From a virus (taxonomy: Duplodnaviria > Caudoviricetes), in the IMG/VR virus record IMGVR_UViG_3300025639_000012, positions 1 through 33,393 of that record: DNA of 33,393 nt; one strand, written 5' to 3'. A program made the translations under genes and the position numbers. Shown here piece after piece: positions 1-6,057 of the stretch (position 1 is the stretch's first letter; every line of letters begins with the position of its first letter). The notes beneath the pieces were generated by a model. It was not told the DNA's origin. It ran no database searches and saw only the letters and a list, made by a program, of their open reading frames with translations.

Positions 1-15
1 TGAACCCAGTAATAT

Positions 16-43
16 TGGTGGAGGCGGGGGGAATCGAACCCCC
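16..43 (-). mobile_element. attP: attP core: copy of tmRNA (ssrA) 3' end, GGGGGTTCGATTCCCCCCGCCTCCACCA
   Basis: T-arm GGGGG-TTCGATT-CCCCC followed by CGCCTCC-ACCA, compatible with a GGGGGCG acceptor stem with G3:U wobble; rest of the RNA gene absent; adjacent to integrase on the circle. Confidence 0.85.
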
Positions 44-134
44 AGTTAGTTGTTGATTTGTAAGGGTTTTTCTAAGATGCTGGCAGAATTGCTGTCAACA
101 TTGATGTGATTCCGTCTTTGGGAATCGAATTGGT

Positions 135-191
135 TGCCGGGAAGATGAGGTAATGACTCCCCACTTTTCAGCCGCTAAACCTATCCCGACA
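135..191 (-). ncRNA. Candidate structured RNA (three-way junction) between lysis cassette and attP
   Basis: UGUCGGGA/UCCCGGCA closing stem with two internal hairpins; allele differences keep pairing; -10-like TAGAAT (TACAAT in other allele) just upstream. Confidence 0.5.
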
Positions 192-204
192 GAGTTATTC
201 TAGC

Positions 205-309
205 CTAGTAGTAGAAAACGTGCATCACTTCTTCCAGGTACAAAGTTGCGAGTGCAGACATGACGGCTGCAATAGCAATATAAACAACCAACTCAGCTAT
301 GACTTTCAT
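205..309 (-). CDS. 34-aa single-TM membrane peptide downstream of endolysin (not in ORF track)
   Basis: MKVIAELVVYIAIAAVMSALATLYLEEVMHVFYY; frame, length and hydrophobicity conserved in second allele 33112-33216 with many synonymous changes. Confidence 0.8.
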   Translation of the reverse strand: MKVIAELVVYIAIAAVMSALATLYLEEVMHVFYY

Positions 310-652
310 CCCATCGAGCCTTTTCTTTTCTCACATCCAAGTGGACCCATCCTTTATAAAGGCCAATGCCGTATTGGTCAGGGTATCTCAGGTTTAAGTG
401 GTGATATATTTCTGCCGGGGTATTGCCTTTAACGACAATATCAGCAGCCTTTGAAATCACATGATAGCTATTTAAAGCGCCACCAACGTCCATATTGTGT
501 TTGACGCACCGATTGCCTGATGAGATGAATATCGGCCCTGTGTGCGCTCTAAGAGCCTCTAAGACCCTAATCAGTTCATAGTCAACAGTATCTTGCCCAC
601 AACCGCACTGGCACTCAAATTCAGAGCGTTTAAAGTATTGGCTCAATCTCAT
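293..652 (-). CDS. Endolysin, peptidase M15A family (Zn D-Ala-D-Ala peptidase fold)
   Basis: F..SEFECQCGCG, ISSGNRC..HN..VGG..NSYH...KAADI, GIGLY..WVHLDVR motifs; next to holin. Confidence 0.92.
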   Translation of the reverse strand: MRLSQYFKRSEFECQCGCGQDTVDYELIRVLEALRAHTGPIFISSGNRCVKHNMDVGGALNSYHVISKAADIVVKGNTPAEIYHHLNLRYPDQYGIGLYKGWVHLDVRKEKARWDESHS

Positions 653-1026
653 TTCTTATATTCTTTCATCACTTTTTCAGCAGATCGGCCTACGATGTAA
701 CCGCCTAAACCTACCTGGACAATATCTAACAGAGCCAAGATTTGTTTCTCCGAAAGATTCTCCGGGGTAAAGCCTAGCCAGTGAGCCGTTATAAGACACG
801 CAAAGTTACACATGACCAAAGGCCGCCAATTCCGTTGTAGCCAAGAATCACCATTAGCCTCGGCCATGATAATATTCGCTTGCTTACGGAGTGCGACCGA
901 ATCAGCCTTGAGCAATTCCTTAGTAATCTCTGCCTTGAGTTTTTCAGCCATGCCAGCATCAGGGGCGATCTTGTCAACGATCTTCCCGATAGTGTCAGAG
1001 ATCGGCTGAATCAGTAGATTCCACAT
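649..1026 (-). CDS. Holin (3TM / GTA-holin-like)
   Basis: AEA..SWLQRNWRP motif, hydrophobic segments, GLGGYIVGRSAEK C-terminus; overlaps endolysin start. Confidence 0.82.
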   Translation of the reverse strand: MWNLLIQPISDTIGKIVDKIAPDAGMAEKLKAEITKELLKADSVALRKQANIIMAEANGDSWLQRNWRPLVMCNFACLITAHWLGFTPENLSEKQILALLDIVQVGLGGYIVGRSAEKVMKEYKK

Positions 1027-1232
1027 CAGAGTTTCAGCGCTGCCAAAAGACCAGCTTGAGAACTGACCCCATAAAATATGAAACCGTAAGCCATATATTT
1101 GAGTTGCAGAATTGATTTCTCAATAGCCATCAATCTATCATTCGTGTCCTGGACCTGGCTAAACAGTTTGGCTATCTGCTCTGCATGGAGGACTAATTCT
1201 CGCCCTTGCCGATCACACTGATCTTTGTCCAT
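1026..1232 (-). CDS. Small coiled-coil protein with C-terminal hydrophobic segment (XhlA-like lysis-region protein)
   Basis: Heptad-like N-terminal half plus YMAYGFIFYGV..GLLAALKL; translationally coupled to holin. Confidence 0.6.
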   Translation of the reverse strand: MDKDQCDRQGRELVLHAEQIAKLFSQVQDTNDRLMAIEKSILQLKYMAYGFIFYGVSSQAGLLAALKL

Positions 1233-1239
1233 TCTTCAC

Positions 1240-1509
1240 CTATTCAGTTGGTGTTGCTAACTCTGCTTCTTGTTCAGCAACCATCGCTTCATACGCACTG
1301 ATTACCTCTGGTGTCCAAGTTGCATTAGCGATTGCTACTACCTTTGGGTCTTCATCCGTCAGGTCAGCGTCAGGGTGCAGAACGTGTCTGTGGAAAGAGG
1401 AAGATAATACCTCTCCATCTTCTAAGACTCTCGTTGCACAGCGAACTTGGATTGTGCCGTTTTCTAATACTTCAATCTTGTCTGTTACGTGTACTTTTTC
1501 TAGTGCCAT
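1240..1509 (-). CDS. Small tail-fibre-associated protein (putative chaperone)
   Basis: DKIEV..G.IQVR..T...EDG.VLS.SFHRHVL.P pattern typical of genes following phage fibre genes; AAGGA RBS. Confidence 0.7.
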   Translation of the reverse strand: MALEKVHVTDKIEVLENGTIQVRCATRVLEDGEVLSSSFHRHVLHPDADLTDEDPKVVAIANATWTPEVISAYEAMVAEQEAELATPTE

Positions 1510-1558
1510 TTTGATTTCCTTTTGTTAAATGTCCGTCCGTATCGTCCGATAGGGATAA

Positions 1559-2395
1559 TTAAGCGTTTGTGTAGTAATGACCAGAAAGTTGAAACCTCCC
1601 TCCTGCCCTATTGCCTGACCCCACTATAGCGTTTACACGGAATCTGATACCACCACCTGAGCTGACACTCCTACCTGTAACCACCGTATTATCATTGTAA
1701 TTCCACCCACACTCAAAGGAAGCCTGAGTGGTAGAATGTGAATTCTGTGTGAAGGGTAGATTCTGTACAGTTACACCATCTGCGGTAGTTATATTACTAG
1801 TGACCCCTGTTAAGTAGAAGCTACAACTTAGTGTTACTAAGTTTCCAACTTTAGTATATGCACCACTTACAGAACTGCCTGTACTACCGAAACCAGATAT
1901 ACTTTCAAAGGTAGGAGTCCAAGTCCCCTCCTCATAATCATCCAGTGCATTTGCTGATGCGGTGTCCGTACCGAACTTTATACCATCACTATCTATGTTT
2001 AGACTGTTAGCGTCACCAGTTCGTAACGACATTCTATTTGAGCCGTGGTCATATTGAATATATCCAACATTTCCATCATCAGTATCGGCAAATTCAATTA
2101 CTTGTGAGCCGTTATTTGCACCTGTTAGTCGTATGCCAGTTGTAGCACCACTAGTGGTATCAGAAATGTGCAAGTTGCGTGCTGGTGCGGCAGTACCAAT
2201 CCCAACATTCTCATTTGAGTCAATCGTTATGGCAGTAGCATTTCCATTATCGTCAATACTGGGTGAACCAGCACCCACAAAACCTGTGGAGTCTATCTTG
2301 GCAACCTCTGTTCCGTTGCATTGAAACTTAATCTCACTCGAAGTCCCCGATGCGTTTATGGTAATGTCGGAATTATCGCTTTTCACTACGCTCAT
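1559..2395 (-). CDS. Tail fibre / receptor-binding protein 3
   Basis: AITIDSNENVGIGT repeat, ANALDDYEEGTWTP and YTKVGNLVT fibre-tip motifs; Gly/Ser/Thr rich. Confidence 0.82.
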   Translation of the reverse strand: MSVVKSDNSDITINASGTSSEIKFQCNGTEVAKIDSTGFVGAGSPSIDDNGNATAITIDSNENVGIGTAAPARNLHISDTTSGATTGIRLTGANNGSQVIEFADTDDGNVGYIQYDHGSNRMSLRTGDANSLNIDSDGIKFGTDTASANALDDYEEGTWTPTFESISGFGSTGSSVSGAYTKVGNLVTLSCSFYLTGVTSNITTADGVTVQNLPFTQNSHSTTQASFECGWNYNDNTVVTGRSVSSGGGIRFRVNAIVGSGNRAGGRFQLSGHYYTNA

Positions 2396-2682
2396 TTCGG
2401 ATACCTCGCTTTAATTTCGTTAATCGTATCCTGCCAAACGGTTGTGCCATTCTCTAGGTCATCAAATCTGAGTTCGTCTTGATTCAATTGGTCATACTCA
2501 GCCTTGCGTAGCCGAGCATATTCTTGTGAAACGTAGACTTCTTGGAGTCTGGTTAATTCGGCTTGGATTTCTGCGTCTGTGGGTTGGGTTTGCTCAGTGT
2601 CTAGCCATTCTAAAACACCATCTCTGGAAACAAACTGAGCGTTAGGACGTAGACTTACAAGGGCATCTATATTAGTTATCAT
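2392..2682 (-). CDS. Small tail-fibre-associated protein (putative chaperone)
   Basis: ALVSLRPNA...PTDAEIQAE..RL...Y.R.R..EY...W...I.EIKARYPK pattern; coupled to fibre genes. Confidence 0.68.
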   Translation of the reverse strand: MITNIDALVSLRPNAQFVSRDGVLEWLDTEQTQPTDAEIQAELTRLQEVYVSQEYARLRKAEYDQLNQDELRFDDLENGTTVWQDTINEIKARYPK

Positions 2683-2683
2683 A

Positions 2684-3274
2684 TTAAGCCTCCACCTCTA
2701 TAATTGTCATGGTTGCATCATAGAATAAAAATCTAGTAGAACTCCCACCGCTCACGGTATGCGCTCTTATAGAGTACGTCCTTGAGCCTGTGCTACCAGA
2801 CGCTTCTAATCTAGCACTACTACAGTATAATCTAGCTTGTGTTGGTGTGTTATGGAGGAACGCATTTCCGATACGCTGAACCGCCGTACTCCCCGAATAT
2901 ATATGAGGGTATAAATAACCATGATTTGTAATAATCCCTGATGACCCATATACTTTCTCTGCCCCTATTGATGCCATTATTAATACGTTGCTCGTTGCGG
3001 AAAGAGGTGTAAAGGTATGGACGTGCAGTATGGACGTGCCAACAAGGCTATTAACCCAGTCACTTTGGTCTGTTACACCAGAAACAACCTGTAGCACCTT
3101 ACCCCCACCAACAGTCAAATCACCTGACCCGATAAGTGAGTCACCGTTGACTGTTTTGATGTCCGTGAGTTTTGACCCTGCAATACCAGCAGACGCATTA
3201 ATATCTGCGTTGGTTATCGTGCCGTCTGCAATCTCCGATGAGGTGATGCCTGAACCGTTTATTGTTATTGCCAT
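2684..3274 (-). CDS. Tail fibre / receptor-binding protein 2
   Basis: IADGTITNADINASAGIAGSKL repeat, IKTVNGDSLIGSGD, GGKVLQVV...TP.SATS..LI...TIIEV tip domain. Confidence 0.8.
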   Translation of the reverse strand: MAITINGSGITSSEIADGTITNADINASAGIAGSKLTDIKTVNGDSLIGSGDLTVGGGKVLQVVSGVTDQSDWVNSLVGTSILHVHTFTPLSATSNVLIMASIGAEKVYGSSGIITNHGYLYPHIYSGSTAVQRIGNAFLHNTPTQARLYCSSARLEASGSTGSRTYSIRAHTVSGGSSTRFLFYDATMTIIEVEA

Positions 3275-3498
3275 TAGACTTCCACCCCTTTCAATTCATC
3301 AAGAGTAGTCATCGAATCAACTTGGTCGGTGACATCTCTTAACCTTTGCTTCTCAGCTACGATAGCCGTTGTGTCAGCACCCGATTCCAATGCTCTTTGA
3401 AACGCAACATCTTGCTCCTCAAGTAACGGCTTGCGGTCTGCTCGTAAGCGGTCTTTGGTAATAGCCTGAGCTTTACCGAAATTAACTTGCATTGGCAT
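3274..3498 (-). CDS. Small tail-fibre assembly protein (true start possibly 3492)
   Basis: LR..R.PLL...DV.FQRALE....T.AIVAEKQRLRD.T, tail-assembly-chaperone-like. Confidence 0.7.
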   Translation of the reverse strand: MPMQVNFGKAQAITKDRLRADRKPLLEEQDVAFQRALESGADTTAIVAEKQRLRDVTDQVDSMTTLDELKGVEV

Positions 3499-3778
3499 CG
3501 TAGAGCTCCTTGGTTATTTGGTTATATTTGAGTTGGTCTTCAAGCGACAAGTCCTCTGAGGTTTTCTCGTCTGCTCCTGCGATGTATTCCCATGCGTTGC
3601 GGAATGTTCTATCGTCAAGTAACTCATCGGTGATTTCATAAGGCGTACCAGTAGGTAAATCCTTGTCAGCTATGTGCTTTAGTTTTTGTTCCTCTGATAA
3701 TCCCTCTAGTGTCGCTAGGAATTTAGGTGCTGGGATTAACTGTGCTAAACCCTCGTTGGTTGGGTATATTATTTTCAT
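3482..3778 (-). CDS. Small tail-fibre-associated protein
   Basis: KIIY......A.LIPA...IA.KDLP.G.PY.I......DRTFRNAW pattern; within fibre cassette. Confidence 0.7.
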   Translation of the reverse strand: MKIIYPTNEGLAQLIPAPKFLATLEGLSEEQKLKHIADKDLPTGTPYEITDELLDDRTFRNAWEYIAGADEKTSEDLSLEDQLKYNQITKELYDANAS

Positions 3779-3779
3779 A

Positions 3780-4604
3780 TTAATCTCCGAATACCATTAC
3801 ATCTATTTGCCCTGCGTCTGAAGAGCAATTACAACTAGCCTTGACAGAATGGACATCACAACTCCCTGTTGCATGGTCACGAACCGATAACCAACCATAC
3901 CAATTGCCGGGATGGTCTGCATTGCCAGTAACTACTGGTGGGTTTGCAAGTGAGTTTGCAAATGTCGGAGTATATGAACCTGACCCATTATCTACAACGG
4001 AACTTATATTATGGCTATCCCGAATACTCACAGTACCAGTACCATTAAAGTTAACCCAAGCCTTTGCGGTGAACTGCGAGAGTCCTCTGCCGTCTGAGGT
4101 TATCTTTAGTCTTTCAACAACAGCAGCATTAGGGCGTGTATATACAACAAAGTCACCATAAGCTCCTGACACATTAGAGTTTTCAAAACCTACCTTACCT
4201 AACTCTACCCCAGCCTGTCCTGTCATAGAGCCATAAAACTCTATACTAGTACCTACACCGTTAGCAGCTGTACCTGTGGTATGTGAATCTACACGGAGAG
4301 AGGGAATTAAACCATTAGTAATAGACGAGGCTTTATCGGTGTGTAACTGAGCAGAGGGGTTTGTTTGCCCTATACCAACTTGTTCACTCGAATCAATAGT
4401 AATAGCAGTAGCATTAGCCGTACTGACAATGCCGTCAACGCCACCTGCTGGAAGATTAGTCAACGCAGAACCATCCCCATCACTCATCAGGACTGTGCCT
4501 GTAGAGTCAGGCAATGTTAGCGTGCGGTCTGTGTTGCTCCCGGAGGTTGTGCTGAGTGTAACCACCCCAGTGCCACTGGATGATGGGTTTACTTTTATCT
4601 TCAT
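3780..4604 (-). CDS. Tail fibre / receptor-binding protein 1 (start re-placed at ATGA overlap, 4604)
   Basis: TDRTLTLPDSTGT, DGSALTNL, AITIDSSEQVGIG, AKAWVNFNGTGTVSIRDSHNISSVVDNGSGSY motifs. Confidence 0.82.
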   Translation of the reverse strand: MKIKVNPSSSGTGVVTLSTTSGSNTDRTLTLPDSTGTVLMSDGDGSALTNLPAGGVDGIVSTANATAITIDSSEQVGIGQTNPSAQLHTDKASSITNGLIPSLRVDSHTTGTAANGVGTSIEFYGSMTGQAGVELGKVGFENSNVSGAYGDFVVYTRPNAAVVERLKITSDGRGLSQFTAKAWVNFNGTGTVSIRDSHNISSVVDNGSGSYTPTFANSLANPPVVTGNADHPGNWYGWLSVRDHATGSCDVHSVKASCNCSSDAGQIDVMVFGD

Positions 4605-6034
4605 ACGATTGTCCAAGTTGAAGTTGAGGGGATTGTTATAGAGCCGGTTACGGTTACTGGCCCGGCTGATAACCCATTGCTATTGGCATCCAGGGTGTAA
4701 CTGCTAATCGTGTTACTGTGAACGTACATCCCCTCTGTTGTTGAATTGCCACCTCCGACAGCCGCCCAAGCTGAACCGTCATAGACTTCTGCTGAAGTGT
4801 CTGATGTGTTCCATCTGAGATACCCGGCACTGGGTGATCCATCTCTCTGAGCGGTTGTGCCTCCGGGTAAAACTGCTGATCCGGTCACTGATGTTTTGCT
4901 AACAACCGTAGCCGCATCGAGGGCAACATCTGCCCAGGTTGAGCCGTCATAAATCCGACAACGATCTGTTGCTGTGCTGAAGTACCAGGTACCAGCCACC
5001 AAAGTATTGCCATCATTATCGACTGCAGGATCGGATGATTTCGCCCCTAAGTATTTATCATCAAACTCATCAAGACTTGCTGCTGCACTTGCTGCACTGG
5101 TCGCTGCTGCTGATGCTGAACTTGCCGATGCTGTCGCTGATGCTGCCGATGCCGTTGCAGAGGTTGATGCTGCGCTTGCTTGAGTCGTTGCTGTGCTTGC
5201 TGAACTGGTTGCGCTAGTGGCTGAACTCGCTGCACTGGTCGCTGAACTTGCTGCATTAGTTGCCTGTGTTGGCGCGGCATTAATCGCTGAGATATTGGTC
5301 GAACAGGTATCCATAGCGGTGACATTGGCTGTTGTACCTAGCACGTTCATATCAAGAACGACATCTGCTGTACCGAGCGTATTCATATCGGCAATTGCAT
5401 CAGCAGTGCCAAGCAATCCGATCTGTGTGGCTTTACCGGCTACGGCCCCAATATCTGCCGCATCTGCTGCGACTGCGGTCACATCGGTTGAGATTCCGGC
5501 TACCGTTGAAATGTCAGCAGAAATACCGGCCACCGTATTGGTAGCAGCTATGGTTGGCCCACCCTCTGGATTACCTGTGGTGGCATTAAACGCTAAGACT
5601 TTGCCGATCCGATTGGCCTTACTCGGCAGCGTCAGATCACCGTAGTCATCCCATTGGTCAACGCGCAGACCAAGTGATAAGGATGATTCGTTTTGTTGAG
5701 CCATCATCACTGTCTTATCGAAATCATCGTTAAGCGTTTCCGCTAACAAATCGCCCGATGTCTGATAATCGGATGTGCGTGAAACAGGCAGATCACGATA
5801 GACAGTAACAATATCCCCGGTGGTTGCCCCGGTCACTAAGGTGACGTTGCCACCATTGTCCGTAGCTGCACCGGATACCGTATAATCGGTGGTCAGTGTT
5901 TTGAGGGTTGACCCGACATAAACTTTCAGATCACCGTCAGCGAATATGGGGAATGTATACGCAAAAACAGTCTGACCGCTATTAGCGACATACTGATTTC
6001 GCGGTGTTAAATCCCCGACTGTAATTGTTGCCAT
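4601..6034 (-). CDS. Proximal tail fibre with T7 gp17-like N-terminal anchor and Ala/Ser/Thr-rich stalk
   Basis: N-terminal PR.QY....GQTVF.YTF.IF...DLKVY...DYTV...GG.VT...LNDDFDK; AASSATSAAS repeats; FDDKYLGAKSSDP; follows ejection proteins. Confidence 0.88.
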   Translation of the reverse strand: MATITVGDLTPRNQYVANSGQTVFAYTFPIFADGDLKVYVGSTLKTLTTDYTVSGAATDNGGNVTLVTGATTGDIVTVYRDLPVSRTSDYQTSGDLLAETLNDDFDKTVMMAQQNESSLSLGLRVDQWDDYGDLTLPSKANRIGKVLAFNATTGNPEGGPTIAATNTVAGISADISTVAGISTDVTAVAADAADIGAVAGKATQIGLLGTADAIADMNTLGTADVVLDMNVLGTTANVTAMDTCSTNISAINAAPTQATNAASSATSAASSATSATSSASTATTQASAASTSATASAASATASASSASAAATSAASAAASLDEFDDKYLGAKSSDPAVDNDGNTLVAGTWYFSTATDRCRIYDGSTWADVALDAATVVSKTSVTGSAVLPGGTTAQRDGSPSAGYLRWNTSDTSAEVYDGSAWAAVGGGNSTTEGMYVHSNTISSYTLDANSNGLSAGPVTVTGSITIPSTSTWTIV

Positions 6035-6057
6035 CTATCGGCCTCCTGTATTAATAA

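Larger units (their letters stand above)
1..486. repeat. Left copy of imperfect 486-bp terminal direct repeat (other copy 32908-33393)
   Basis: Direct comparison at offset 32907: nt 1-49 and 360-486 identical, many substitutions between 50 and 359, same total length. Confidence 0.97.

Noticed and set aside
16-43. tRNA or tmRNA gene
   Set aside because: Only the T-arm and 3' acceptor strand are present; the adjacent sequence is phage arm DNA, so this is an att core, not an RNA gene
135-191. Hammerhead or HDV-like ribozyme
   Set aside because: Has a three-way junction and GAAA but lacks the CUGANGA core; I could not build the HDV nested double pseudoknot by eye
50-359. Diversity-generating retroelement TR/VR pair
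   Set aside because: Differences are not adenine-specific, many are synonymous, and no reverse transcriptase is encoded
1-486. attL/attR of an integrated prophage, or true T7-like terminal repeats
   Set aside because: Phage sequence flanks the core on both sides in both copies, no host genes are present, and the repeat ends mid-endolysin with an exact 127-nt match typical of assembly overlap
4974-5645. Plus-strand and alternate-frame ORFs over the tail fibre (4974-5183, 5047-5325, 5193-5645 and others)
   Set aside because: Shadows of Ala/Ser/Thr repeat codons in the real minus-strand gene; no RBS or independent motifs
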